A stretch of DNA of 32,000 nt from Geotalea uraniireducens Rf4 (GTDB lineage: Bacteria > Desulfobacterota > Desulfuromonadia > Geobacterales > Geobacteraceae): positions 420,001 to 452,000 of the forward strand of contig NC_009483.1 in the NCBI RefSeq assembly GCF_000016745.1. The letters run 5' to 3'. The translations under genes were made by a program, and so were the position numbers. Positions 1 through 9,700 of this stretch are shown here, in pieces. The notes beneath the pieces are model-generated. The model was not told where the DNA came from. It was given only the letters and a program-made list of their open reading frames with translations, and searched no databases. Each line of letters begins with the position of its first letter. Positions within the stretch are counted from its first letter, which is position 1.

Positions 1-688
1 CGGCCCTGACCGCATAAGCGGTGGCGGGATGGTTGAAGAAGTCGATGGCGCTTTTCACCTCTTCGTTGTCGAGGCGGCATTCGATGCCGAGCGCCCCCTG
101 GCCGATGGCCGGAATGGAAAGATCCGTGGGGAGGTACTCCGCCACCTTGTCGGTGAAGCCGAGTCGCTTCAGGCCGGCAGCGGCAAGGATTACGGCGTCG
201 AGGTTCTCCGCCTCCAGCTTGTTGATGCGGGTTTCCACGTTGCCGCGGATGATGACCATCTCCATGTCCGGGCGGATTTTCAGCAGCTGGGCTTGGCGGC
301 GCAGGGCGCTGGTGCCGATTTTCGCCCCTTTTGGCAGGTCGGCGAATTTTATGCCACGGGAAATGACCGCATCGCGCGGGTCTTCCCGCTCGGTAATGCA
401 GTGCAGTCCCAGACCTTCGGGAAACTCGGTCGGCACATCCTTCATGCTGTGGACTGCAATGTCGATGTCGCCGCGCAGCATGGCCTCTTCGATCTCCTTG
501 ACGAACAGCCCTTTCCCCCCCACCTGGGCCAGTGGCACGTCGAGGATCTTGTCGCCGATGGTCTTGATCTTGAGCAGGGATACTTCCAGCCCCGGATAAC
601 GCTTTTCCAGCTCAGACTTCACCCAGTTGGCCTGCCAGAGCGCCAGCTGGCTGGCGCGTGTTCCTATGCGTAGAGTTTTCAGTGCCAT
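1..688 (-). CDS. hemC: Porphobilinogen deaminase (hydroxymethylbilane synthase), N-terminal ~229 aa; the 3' end runs off the window
   Basis: Absent from the ORF track because no stop lies inside the window. My minus-strand translation from the ATG at 688-686 reads MALKTLRIGTRASQLALWQANWVKSELEKRYPGLEVSLLKIKTIGDKILDVPLAQVGGKGLFVKEIEEAML..., a canonical HemC N-terminus. An AAAGGAG Shine-Dalgarno (SD) sequence lies upstream, and the gene is immediately downstream of hemA. The plus-strand ORFs 21..599 and 29..673 are antisense artefacts. Confidence 0.9.
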   Translation of the reverse strand, partial: MALKTLRIGTRASQLALWQANWVKSELEKRYPGLEVSLLKIKTIGDKILDVPLAQVGGKGLFVKEIEEAMLRGDIDIAVHSMKDVPTEFPEGLGLHCITEREDPRDAVISRGIKFADLPKGAKIGTSALRRQAQLLKIRPDMEMVIIRGNVETRINKLEAENLDAVILAAAGLKRLGFTDKVAEYLPTDLSIPAIGQGALGIECRLDNEEVKSAIDFFNHPATAYAVRA

Positions 689-732
689 TTATCCATATCT
701 CCTTTAAAAAAAGTTAAAACCAGATCCATTTA

Positions 733-2037
733 TTATTCTTCCAGTTCTCCAAGTTCCTCAACTTCCGGCCTTGTCGTCTCCAGTTCAAAGAGGTTGCGCA
801 GGGCATCGATGTAGAGATCGTTGCGATTGCCCTGCTCGGCACGCTTCAGTACGCTCGTCGGTTGGTGAAGCAGTTTGTTCATGATGGCGCTGGTCAATGC
901 TTCCAGACGTTTTTCAGCGTCCGGCGGCAGCTCTTTCCAGTTGGCCAGGGTCTTTGCCAGTTCTGCGCGGCGGATCTCGTCAAATTTGCTGCGGAGCGCG
1001 ACGATGGTCGGAGTGACCTCCAGGGAGGAGAGCCATTTGAAAAACTGACCGATCTCCTGCTCGACAATTGCTTCCGCCTTCTCTGCCTCTTTGTTGCGCT
1101 GTTCCAGGTTTGTGGCGACAACGCCGTTCAGATCGTCAACGGTGTAGAGATAGATGTTTTCCACGTCGTTGACCTTGGGGTCGATGTCGCGGGGAACGGC
1201 GATGTCGATGAAAAACATCGGTTTCATCTTGCGTCGACGGATGACTTCTTCCACGTTCTTCGGCCCGATGATGAAGTGGGGGGCACCGGTGGAGGAGAGG
1301 ACGATGTCCGCCTTGTGCAGATGATCGAAGAGCTCTTCGTAATTGACCGCCTTGCCGTCGAACTCCTCCGCCAGCTTCACTGCCCGTTCAAAGGTGCGGT
1401 TGGTGACCATGACGCCGCGAACGCCGGTATTGATGAAGTGCTTGGCCGCCAGCTCGCACATCTCGCCGGCTCCGATGAGCATGACGGTCTTGTCGGAGAG
1501 GTCGCCGAAGATCTTCTTTGCCAGTTCGACGGCGGCAAATGCCACGGATACTGCGGACGAGGCGATCTTTGTTTCGGTGCGGACCCGTTTGGCAACGGAA
1601 AAGGCCTTGTGCAGGAAGCGGTTGAGGATGATGCCGGAGCTTTTGTATTCTGCGGCGTAACCGTAAGAGGTCTTGATCTGGCCCAGGATCTGCGGCTCGC
1701 CGACCACCATGGAGTCGAGGCTGGAGGCTACCCGGAACACGTGGCGGGTTGCTGCTTCACCGTGGTAACTGTAGAGGTGCGGCTCCAGAGTTTCCAGTGA
1801 AATGTTGTGGTAATCTGCCAGGAAACGCTTGAGCCGTGCGACACCGCCGGCAATGTCGCGAGTGGTGGCGTAAATCTCCACCCGGTTGCAGGTGGAAACG
1901 ATGACTGCTTCTGTGATGTCGGGTAGCGAGACAAGGGCGTGCAGAGGTTTTTCCATCTGCGTCGGGGCGAAGGCCACCTTTTCCCGTATCTCCACGGTGG
2001 CTGTCTTATGGGACAGCCCAACCACAATAATATTCAT
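733..2037 (-). CDS. hemA: Glutamyl-tRNA reductase
   Basis: 434 aa starting [23 protein letters not shown], with ...CNRVEIY... and the NAD(P) fold [14 protein letters not shown]. This is the typical HemA length and motif set, with hemC downstream. Confidence 0.95.
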   Translation of the reverse strand: MNIIVVGLSHKTATVEIREKVAFAPTQMEKPLHALVSLPDITEAVIVSTCNRVEIYATTRDIAGGVARLKRFLADYHNISLETLEPHLYSYHGEAATRHVFRVASSLDSMVVGEPQILGQIKTSYGYAAEYKSSGIILNRFLHKAFSVAKRVRTETKIASSAVSVAFAAVELAKKIFGDLSDKTVMLIGAGEMCELAAKHFINTGVRGVMVTNRTFERAVKLAEEFDGKAVNYEELFDHLHKADIVLSSTGAPHFIIGPKNVEEVIRRRKMKPMFFIDIAVPRDIDPKVNDVENIYLYTVDDLNGVVATNLEQRNKEAEKAEAIVEQEIGQFFKWLSSLEVTPTIVALRSKFDEIRRAELAKTLANWKELPPDAEKRLEALTSAIMNKLLHQPTSVLKRAEQGNRNDLYIDALRNLFELETTRPEVEELGELEE

Positions 2038-2061
2038 AAACGATCAGCCTCTGATTCGACT

Positions 2062-2877
2062 TTATTTGTAGCTATGCAACCCCGGCAGCAGCAGGTTTAC
2101 GCCGAGGAATGTGAAAATCATGATAAAAAAGCCGATAATGGACAGGATGGCCGCCTTGCGGCCGCGCCAGCCGGTTGTCAATCTGCCGTGGAGCAGGGCG
2201 GCATAGATAAACCAGGTGATCAGCGACCAGGTTTCTTTCGGATCCCAGCTCCAGTAGGTTCCCCAGGCGGTTTCAGCCCAGATGGCGCCGCTGATGATGG
2301 CGAAGGTCAGGAGGGGAAAGCCAAAGGTCAGGCAACGGTAGCTGATTTCATCAAGGATATCGAGGGACGGCAGCCTCTGGAACATGGCCCCGAGCTTCCT
2401 GCTTTTCAGGAAATGCGACTGGATCAGGTACATGATGCTGGCGCCGAAGGAGACGGCAAAGGAGGCGTAACCGAGGAAAGCCATGGTGGTGTGCACGGAC
2501 AGCCACCTGCTCTTGAGCGCCGGGTTCAGCGGCATGATGGCGGTCGGAAAGGTAGTGGATACGGCCAGCAGCAGAAGCGCCAGAGGGGTAACGAATGAGC
2601 CGAGGATGAACACACGGTATTTGCGTTCAAAAAATATGAATACGCCGATAACAGCAAGGCTGAAAAAAGAAAGCGATTCGTGCAGGTTCGTTATGGGGGT
2701 GTGGCCGGCCTCCAGGAAACGGTTGACCGTGAAGGCGCAATGGACGATAAAGCCGATGGAGATGGTCCAGTGTGCCAAGCGTCCGAAAATATCGCGGGGT
2801 TTTACCAGGTAGAGCAGATAGATGGCAGTGGCAACAAAATAGATGCCGAGGGTGCAATAAAAGAGCAGGGCATTCAT
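2062..2877 (-). CDS. CcsA/ResC-family cytochrome c assembly membrane protein (HemX-like position in the hem operon)
   Basis: 271 aa and polytopic, with the Trp-rich WWD-type motif WAETAWGTYWSWDPKETWSLITW. It sits between the sirC-like gene and hemA. Its start overlaps the upstream stop as ATGA (2874-2877). Confidence 0.85.
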   Translation of the reverse strand: MNALLFYCTLGIYFVATAIYLLYLVKPRDIFGRLAHWTISIGFIVHCAFTVNRFLEAGHTPITNLHESLSFFSLAVIGVFIFFERKYRVFILGSFVTPLALLLLAVSTTFPTAIMPLNPALKSRWLSVHTTMAFLGYASFAVSFGASIMYLIQSHFLKSRKLGAMFQRLPSLDILDEISYRCLTFGFPLLTFAIISGAIWAETAWGTYWSWDPKETWSLITWFIYAALLHGRLTTGWRGRKAAILSIIGFFIMIFTFLGVNLLLPGLHSYK

Positions 2878-3548
2878 TGATGGTCCTTTTCTTCCCTCAA
2901 AAGATCGTTCGTGGTGAATCCCGGGCCGAAAAGTTCGAGAAGAAGGTGGTCTATTTCATCATATCGTTTTTCTTTGATCAGTTCGGGCAAGCCGTGAGCT
3001 ACCAGTTGGCTTAGAAGCGACTTATTGTAAGCGCTGTTCCCCTTTTCAGTCAATAGCTTTTCACGTATACCGCCCAAAAGCCTGAGAGTTGCCCCATACT
3101 CTATGCCAAAAACCTCTTCCAGTTCCTCGCGGATTTTTTTCGCCAGTGCCGGGCTTTTACCGGAGGTGGAGACAGTGATGACCAGATCGCCCCGGCTCAT
3201 TACGGCCGGCATGGTGAAGCTGCCCAGTTCCGGCGTATCGGCAATATCGGCCAGAATGGAGCGCATGCGGGCCTCCTTTGCCACTGCACGGTTGACGGCG
3301 TTGTCATCGGTCGCTGCGATGACGAGAAAAGCCTCGGCAAGGTCGCCGTCCGCATAGTTCCGCGCCAGGTGGATTATCCTGTTGGCAGCCAGCAGTTGCC
3401 GCAGGGCGTCGTTCAAGTGGGGGGCGATCACCGTGACCAGTGCACCCGCATCGATCAGGCTGAGCACCTTGCGGCCGGCAACGTCCCCTCCGCCGACCAC
3501 TATCACGACCTTATTGCGAACATCCAGGTTTATCGGCAGGTGGTGCAT
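2874..3548 (-). CDS. Precorrin-2 dehydrogenase / sirohydrochlorin ferrochelatase (siroheme synthase N-terminal type)
   Basis: Contains the Rossmann motif VVIVVGGGDVAGRKV and then STSGKSPALAKKIREELE. I place the start at ATG 3548 (MHHLPINLDV...), which has a GAGG SD upstream. The 56-aa extension to 3716 in the ORF track has no family-like sequence and contains a good promoter. Confidence 0.85.
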   Translation of the reverse strand: MHHLPINLDVRNKVVIVVGGGDVAGRKVLSLIDAGALVTVIAPHLNDALRQLLAANRIIHLARNYADGDLAEAFLVIAATDDNAVNRAVAKEARMRSILADIADTPELGSFTMPAVMSRGDLVITVSTSGKSPALAKKIREELEEVFGIEYGATLRLLGGIREKLLTEKGNSAYNKSLLSQLVAHGLPELIKEKRYDEIDHLLLELFGPGFTTNDLLREEKDHQ

Positions 3549-3623
3549 GGAACCTCGTTTACGGCGCCTATTGAAGATCAGCCTGACTGCATCGGATACT
3601 CGCAGCACAGACGCGAACAACAT

Positions 3624-3652
3624 ACTATCGCCCAGCGATGAAACGGTGTCAA
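3624..3652 (-). promoter_or_regulatory. Putative sigma70 promoter of the sirC-ccsA-hemA-hemC operon
   Basis: The minus strand reads TTGACA-N17-GATAGT (-35 at 3652-3647, -10 at 3629-3624), about 75 nt upstream of the ATG at 3548. Confidence 0.35.
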
Positions 3653-3723
3653 TAGGCTTGTCGGAAGAAAAACTCAGGGAATGCAAGAACCACGGGAAGC
3701 CGCGCCGTGCGAGCAATTACTCC

Positions 3724-3751
3724 TTGATTTTTTCATCGGCTCAGCTATAGT
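3724..3751 (+). promoter_or_regulatory. Putative sigma70 promoter of trxA
   Basis: TTGATT-N16-TATAGT, followed by an AT-rich leader and an AAGGAGA SD before the ATG at 3806. Confidence 0.3.
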
Positions 3752-3805
3752 TATAGATATTTTCATATTTTGTGATTTGATTAATCAACCCAAGGAGAAA
3801 TTTAT

Positions 3806-4135
3806 ATGGCCAGCGAAAAAGTACTTACCTTTACCGACGATAATTTTGAAGCAGCGGTTCTTCAATCGGACGTTCCCGTTCTGGTCGATTTTTGGGCCAC
3901 TTGGTGTGCACCCTGCAAAGCCATAGCCCCACTTATCGATACCATTGCCGATGAGTATGACGGCAAAATCAAGGTCGGCAAGGTAAATGTCGACGACAAC
4001 CCCGGCACGCCCGGCAAATACGGGGTGCGCGGCATCCCGACCGTCATCCTGATCAAGGACGGTAAGGTTGTGGATCAGGTGGTTGGGGCAGTTCCCAAAG
4101 CCCAACTAGAGGCGCTGATAAAAAAGGCCGTATAG
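3806..4135 (+). CDS. trxA: Thioredoxin
   Basis: 109 aa with the thioredoxin fold sequence [14 protein letters not shown]...[13 protein letters not shown]. The active site is WCAPC rather than the classical WCGPC. Confidence 0.9.
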   Translation: MASEKVLTFTDDNFEAAVLQSDVPVLVDFWATWCAPCKAIAPLIDTIADEYDGKIKVGKVNVDDNPGTPGKYGVRGIPTVILIKDGKVVDQVVGAVPKAQLEALIKKAV

Positions 4136-4149
4136 TAAAGGATTTTTTT

Positions 4150-4662
4150 ATGAAGTTACGTGTCACGCAAATGCGGTATCCTGTTTTAGCCCTGTTCCTG
4201 TTGTCATTACTTGCCACGCCGGCTTTCGCCATCCTGCAGAAAGGCCAACCCGCGCCCCCGATCAATGTGGTGACCACCTCCGGCCAGCAGGTTTCTCTCG
4301 CCAATTACAAAGGGTACGTGCTGGTTCTCGATTTTTTCGCCACATGGTGTATCCCCTGCCGTGAATCCATCCCGCATATCATCAGCCTCAACCGAAAATA
4401 CGGCAAGCAGGGGTTGCAGATTCTCGGGATGAGCGTTGACGAAGGGAGTGACAAGGCGGTGAAGACGTTTATTGCCGAGAGGAAGATAAACTATCCCGTT
4501 GCGGTGACCAGCGAGGACCTGCAGGCCGACTACGGCCTCCGCTCGGTTCCGACCCTGTTCATCATCAACAAAAAGGGGGTAGTTGCCGAGAAATACCAGG
4601 GTTACTCGGACGAGGTGGCAAAGTCCATCGAGTTGACGATAATGAAACTCCTGGCGGAATAA
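4150..4662 (+). CDS. Periplasmic TlpA/ResA-like thiol:disulfide oxidoreductase
   Basis: 170 aa with an N-terminal signal peptide (LALFLLSLLATPAFA) and the motif FFATWCIPC. It starts 14 nt after trxA and has its own AAAGGA SD. Confidence 0.85.
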   Translation: MKLRVTQMRYPVLALFLLSLLATPAFAILQKGQPAPPINVVTTSGQQVSLANYKGYVLVLDFFATWCIPCRESIPHIISLNRKYGKQGLQILGMSVDEGSDKAVKTFIAERKINYPVAVTSEDLQADYGLRSVPTLFIINKKGVVAEKYQGYSDEVAKSIELTIMKLLAE

Positions 4663-4667
4663 AGTAA

Positions 4668-4699
4668 AGGTTCGAGGCTCTTCCTGGACCCTCGAACCT
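4668..4699. terminator. Hairpin between the convergent tlpA-like and uvrC genes (possible bidirectional terminator)
   Basis: AGGTTCGAGG-N12-CCTCGAACCT forms a 10-bp stem. There is no clean U-tract on either side, and it abuts the uvrC stop codon. Confidence 0.3.
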
Positions 4700-6537
4700 C
4701 ATTCCTGATTTCCTTTCGGATGGAAGTGCTCCCACACCGCTTCAGCCACAGTTCTTGTAATCCCCTCCACCTTTTGCAGCTCTTCGAGGGTCGCCGTCTC
4801 AAGCTTTTTCAGGCTGCCGAAATGACGCAGCAGTTCCTTTCTCCTCTTTGTGCCGACCCCCGGCACCCCTTCAAGCCGCGATGTCAGCAGTTCCCTGCCG
4901 CGCAGCTTCTTGTGGTAGGTAATGGCGAAGCGGTGGGCCTCGTCCCTGATCCGTGCAAGGAGAAGGAGCGGTGCAGAGTTCTGCCGCAGCACGACCGGAT
5001 TTTTCCGCCCCGGTAGGAATATCCGCTCATCGCTCCTGCTGATCTCGGCAGCGCCCATCTCCCTTTCCACCCGGCTCTTGGCCAAACCGGCAGCGGCAAC
5101 CCCCTCCACGTGCAGTTCTTCGAGTACCCTGGTCAGAACGTTGAGCTGACCGATGCCGCCGTCAACCACAATCAGGTCAGGGTAGTCGTCACGATCTGCT
5201 TCTTGCCTGAAGCGGCGCGACAGCACTTCCCGCATCATGGCAAAGTCGTCTGACTGGCTGACCCCTTTTATGCGGTAGCGGCGATAATGCGCCTTGTCCG
5301 CCTTGCCGTCGAGAAAGGCAACCTTGCTCCCGACGGGGACCCGGCCCTGGATATTGGAGATATCGTAACATTCGATACGACGGGGCAGTTCAGGCAAGTG
5401 GAGCCGCTCTTGAAGCTCTTTGAGCACCGATTCGCAGCTCTCCAGCGCTTTCTTCTTTTCCATTGCAGAGGTTTCGGCATTTTTCCCGGCGAGTTTCACC
5501 AGTTCCAACCGGACGCCCCGGCAGGGAACAGTAATACAGACTTTCTTGCCCCGCTTCTCCGAGATGAGCTCTTCAAGGGGGGCCGGCTCGGCAATCGGGA
5601 GCGGCAGGAGGATCTCTGCCGGTATGAAAACATCCTGATTATAATATTCGTTCAAGAAGGAGGCGATTCCTTCGCTATCATCCATTTCCCATCGGAACGA
5701 GTAGTTCCTGCTCCCCATGAGATTGCCGCCGCGGATGAAAAGGAGGGCAAGGTAAAGACGTTCGCCTTCACGGTAAAAGCCGATAATATCGGAATCCCCA
5801 CCTTGGGTAACCATCTTTTGTTTTTCTACGGTAACCGTGATGGAACGGATCAGGTCGCGGAACCTGGCGGCTTCCTCATACTTTTCGGTCGCTGCCGCGG
5901 CTGCCATTCTCTCTTTGAAAATCCTGACGATCTCCCGGGTTTTCCCTTTCAGGAACAGGCCGGCCCCTTCGGCAAGAGCAGTGTAGTCTTCCCGGGAGAT
6001 GAGCCCGTGACAGGGGGCCGAGCATTGCCTGAGTTGAAAAAAAAGGCAGGGACGTTTTCGCTTGCGGCAGCTTTCCATCGGGTAGTGGCGCAGGGGGAAG
6101 AGCTTGTAGAGTTGCTTCAGCACCGCCCTGGCAGCAGAAGCAGACGAATAGGGACCAAAGTAACGGGCACCGTCCCTCGTCACCTTGCGGATGATGGTGA
6201 GACGGGGAAAGTCTTCCGTCATGTCCATGCGCAGGGAGAAATAGGTTTTGTCGTCGCGTAGGTTAAAATTGTATTTGGGACGGTATTTCTTGATCAGGGT
6301 ATTTTCAAGTATCAGCGCTTCCTTTTCGGTGTCGGTTACGATGACCTCAATGTCAGTAACCCTGGCCATGAGAAAGCGGATGTGATAACGGGAGTCACCC
6401 GACGTGGCAAAGTAGGAACGAACCCGTTTTTTCAGGTCCCGCGCCTTTCCCACATAGAGAACGGTGGAGTCCGCACCTTTCATGATGTAGATGCCGGGCG
6501 ACGAAGGGAAGCGGGCAATTGTTTCTGCGCTGATCAT
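4699..6537 (-). CDS. uvrC: Excinuclease ABC subunit C
   Basis: GIY-YIG N-terminus ([33 protein letters not shown]), a UvrBC-interaction region and a C-terminal HhH ([23 protein letters not shown]). The start at 6537 ([10 protein letters not shown]) is chosen on family length. The upstream ATG at 6609 is the alternative, and neither has a strong SD. Confidence 0.9.
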   Translation of the reverse strand: MISAETIARFPSSPGIYIMKGADSTVLYVGKARDLKKRVRSYFATSGDSRYHIRFLMARVTDIEVIVTDTEKEALILENTLIKKYRPKYNFNLRDDKTYFSLRMDMTEDFPRLTIIRKVTRDGARYFGPYSSASAARAVLKQLYKLFPLRHYPMESCRKRKRPCLFFQLRQCSAPCHGLISREDYTALAEGAGLFLKGKTREIVRIFKERMAAAAATEKYEEAARFRDLIRSITVTVEKQKMVTQGGDSDIIGFYREGERLYLALLFIRGGNLMGSRNYSFRWEMDDSEGIASFLNEYYNQDVFIPAEILLPLPIAEPAPLEELISEKRGKKVCITVPCRGVRLELVKLAGKNAETSAMEKKKALESCESVLKELQERLHLPELPRRIECYDISNIQGRVPVGSKVAFLDGKADKAHYRRYRIKGVSQSDDFAMMREVLSRRFRQEADRDDYPDLIVVDGGIGQLNVLTRVLEELHVEGVAAAGLAKSRVEREMGAAEISRSDERIFLPGRKNPVVLRQNSAPLLLLARIRDEAHRFAITYHKKLRGRELLTSRLEGVPGVGTKRRKELLRHFGSLKKLETATLEELQKVEGITRTVAEAVWEHFHPKGNQE

Positions 6538-6702
6538 AGCCTTGAGTATAAAAGGAAAAGAGCTTGTTTCAAAGGTAATTTTGACAGGAACGAATGGGAG
6601 CCCGCTCATGATGGACTAGCCCTGATAGGAGAGTCGCTTCGATTGTGTCACGGAGTCGATGATTCGATGCCTTCTCCAGCCGCATAAAAACGCCTTTGAC
6701 CG

Positions 6703-6731
6703 TTGACAAGCAGCGATTATGATGATATTTT
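6703..6731 (+). promoter_or_regulatory. Putative sigma70 promoter of the large envelope-protein operon
   Basis: TTGACA-N17-TATTTT. The TTG of the -35 box is what the ORF track used as a start codon. Confidence 0.4.
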
Positions 6732-6783
6732 TCGTCACTGCTTTTGCAACTATTTCCTGTTATGGCTCGGAAAGGTTCATCTC

Positions 6784-9700
6784 GTGAATTTTATTAAGTT
6801 TTTCCGCGCTGCTGTATGCAAAACCCTCCTGGGAATTCTCATCATATTGTCCCTGCTTCCCAACCCTGCTTTTTGCCTTGATTCAGAAGACTCCCAAATT
6901 TTTATTGCTGGTTTTAATTCCTACCAGAAACGGGATTTTCAGACGGCCGTTGATAAAATGAGCGCTCTTCTGAAGAAGTATCCTGACACTCCGCTGCGCG
7001 ATATGGCCATTTTCTGGCTTGCAAGGGCTAATTACAAGGCGGGACATCGTCAGGAAGCAGCCAGATACATGGCGCAGTTTTTCAAGGAATATCCGGACAG
7101 CCCGTTGAAGGCGACGGTGGAAGATGAACTGGTTACACTTGCAGCAAAATACGCAAAAGGTGAACCTATACCTGCTGAAGAGAAGGTTGCCGTTGAGAAG
7201 GCGGTCGCCGAAAAAGCCGCTGCTGAAAAGCTGGCAATGGAAAAGGCCGAAGCGGAAAAAATTGCGGCAGCCAAAAAGGCGGGAGAGTTACGCATAGCCG
7301 CGGAGAAAGCCGCGGCAGAAAAGGCCCTTCAGGCAAAGCTTGCAGCTGAGAAGGCGGCAGTCGAAAAAGCCGTAGCGGAAAAGGCCGCCGCAGAGAAGCT
7401 CGCGCAGGAAAAGGCCGAGGCGGAAAGAAAAGCGGCAGCCAAGAAGGCCGAGGAGATGCGCATAGCTGCGGAGAAAGCAGCGGCAGAAAAAGCCCTTCAG
7501 GCAAAGCTTGCAGCTGAGAAGGCGGCAGTCGAAAAAGCCGCAGCGGAGAAGGCAGCCGCAGAGAAGCTTGCGCAGGAAAAGGCCGAGGCGGAGAGAAAAG
7601 CGGCAGCTCAAAAGGCCGAGGAGGTGCGCATAGCCGCGGAGAAAGCCGCGGCAGAAAAGGCCCTTCAGGCAAAGCTTGCTGAGAAGGCGGCAGCCGAAAA
7701 AGCCGCAGCGGAAAAGGCAGCCGCAGAAAAGCTTGCGCAGGAAAAGGCTGAGGCGGAGAAAAAAGCAGCAGCCAAGAAGGCCGAGGAGATGCGCATAGCC
7801 GCTGAGAAAGCCGCTGCGGAAAAAGCTCTTCAGGCAAAGCTTGCAGCTGAGAAGGCGGCAGTCGAGAAAGCCGCAGCGGAGAAGGCAGCCGCAGAAAAGC
7901 TTGCGCAGGAAAAGGCTGAGGCGGAGAAAAAAGCGGCGGCCAAGAAGGCCGAGGAGATGCGCATAGCCGCGGAGAAAGCAGCGGCAGAAAAGGCGCTTCA
8001 GGCAAAGCTTGCAGCTGAGAAGGCGACAGCCGAAAAAGCCGCCGCAGAGAAGGCCGCTGCGGAGAAGCTGGCGCAGGAAAAGGCCGAGGCGGAGAGAAAG
8101 GCAGCAGCCAAGAAGGCCGAGGAGATGCGCATAGCCGCGGAGAAGGCTTCTGCAGAAAAACGTGCCGTGGAGAAAACTGCTGCGGCAAAAGCGGATTCCG
8201 CTCCCGATAAACGAAAGGCTGGCGCCAGGAAAAAAGAAAAAACCGGCAAATCAGCCAAGGCTGCAACACTGCGTGAAAAAGCAATCGCCGAATACAGGTC
8301 GGTCATTGATCGTTTTCCCGGTACCGCTGCCGCTGCAAGCGCATCTGCAAAACTCAGGCAGCTCGGTGTGCTCCACCCGGCCGTGAGCGGCGCAGGCGTT
8401 GCAATTGCCGCAGGAGAAAACGCCAAGATTCTCACTCTGGAAGTGGGACAGTTTGCCGACTTCGATTTTACCATTGCTCCTCCGGCTCAATCCCTGGAAG
8501 CGGGCAAACGGTTTGCCATTCCTTTCGAGATGGTCAATCTGGGCAATGGTCCCGATAGCTTCTATCTGGAATCAGGCTTCCCTGTTGAATACAATCTCCA
8601 GTTCGCTGCTGCGGTGAAACCGGAGATGCCGATTAACCTTACGCCGCAATTGGCCGCCGGAGAAAAGTTCAAAGCCGTTATGGCGATCACGGTGCCGCGC
8701 AGCGTCATCGATGGGCAGAAGGCCAGTTATCCCATCAAACTCGGCTCCCAGTTTTCCAGGGACGTTTCCCAATCCAGGGAAGTCAGCCTGTTTTTCTCTG
8801 CCCCTCTGTTGCGGGCGGTGATCAAAGCGGAAAAATCCCAACTTCTGCCGGGTGAGAAGGTCTCCTACCGGCTTGACCTGCTCAATATCGGCACTTCTTC
8901 CGCCCGCGGCGTAACGTTGCGCCTCAACTATCCGCCCCAGTATGAACCGGTGAATTTCATCCCCGCAGGCTTCAAGCAGGAGATGAAAGCTGCGCTGGTA
9001 CTGGACGGATTGCAGCTCAATTCCGGTGAGAGCAAGGAATTCACCGTTACCTTCCAGTTGAAGGACGAGGCGCTGGCGCAGCAGGAACTCTTCCTGAGGG
9101 CAGACGTCATCAACAACGAGCTGGAGAAAAAGGATTCATTCCTTTCCCCCGCTACCTTTGTTCAGGGTGTCAGCGGCGTTGCAGTCAGAACCACGGCGGA
9201 GAAACTGGTGGTCGTACCCGGCCAGACCGTCATGATCCCCATTATCGTGACCAATACCGGTAATCTGCGGGAAGACTTCGCCATCAAGCCGGCCATCCCT
9301 GCCAATGCATCCTATTCCTTCTACCAGGACCTGAACCGTGATGGCAAAAAGCAGGAAAACGAGCCGATGATAAACCATGTGGGACCTCTGGGCCCCAAGG
9401 AAGAAGCTTACGTGGTGCTGGAGGTTACGACGCCGGTAACTGAAATCGACGGTGCGAGCGTCCCGCTCGCTGTGGCCTTTGAACCGGAGGGTGACAAGGC
9501 GAAAAGCGCAGCGCTTAACGTGCGGCTCGTTTATTCACGGCCGGTGCTGGATCTGGTCATGATCGGCAAAGGGGGCAAACTCAAGCCCGGCGAGGTTTCC
9601 TCGTTTGAACTGAGCTGCACCAACCGTGGTTCGAATATGGCCAAACTGGTGGATGTGCAGAGCTTCCTGCCGGATCAGTTGACGCTGGTTTCTGCGGACC

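Noticed and set aside
21-673. Plus-strand ORFs 21..599 and 29..673
   Set aside because: The minus strand encodes an unmistakable HemC N-terminus. The plus-strand products are Arg/Ser/Ala-rich antisense noise.
862-1800. 312-aa plus-strand ORF inside hemA
   Set aside because: It is antisense to a high-confidence hemA and carries no motifs.
3549-3716. N-terminal extension of the sirC-like ORF. The same issue applies to 6703-6783, 11596-11664, 22944-23045 and 27372-27494.
   Set aside because: The extensions lack family-like sequence. Internal starts have clear SD sequences, and four of the five extensions (3549-3716, 6703-6783, 22944-23045, 27372-27494) contain the predicted promoter of the same gene.
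4668-4699. GGTTCGAGG...CCTCGAACC considered as a tRNA T-arm
   Set aside because: There is no acceptor, D or anticodon arm context. It is a simple intergenic hairpin.
5287-6261. 324-aa plus-strand ORF inside uvrC
   Set aside because: It is antisense to uvrC, and its composition is typical of GC-rich antisense frames.
7174-8160. Regular 168-bp periodic repeats considered as a CRISPR-like array
   Set aside because: There are no unique spacers. The repeats are contiguous, in frame and coding, with no leader and no cas genes.
7166-8284. A 372-aa minus-strand ORF, plus 7050..7295, 7288..7611 and 7998..8474, across the AEK repeat region
   Set aside because: These are antisense or alternate-frame artefacts of a GCN/GAR/AAR-biased repeat. 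The translations are low-complexity Pro/Leu/Ser/Arg strings that repeat with the same 168-bp period, and the plus-strand frame is continuous with well-formed flanking domains.
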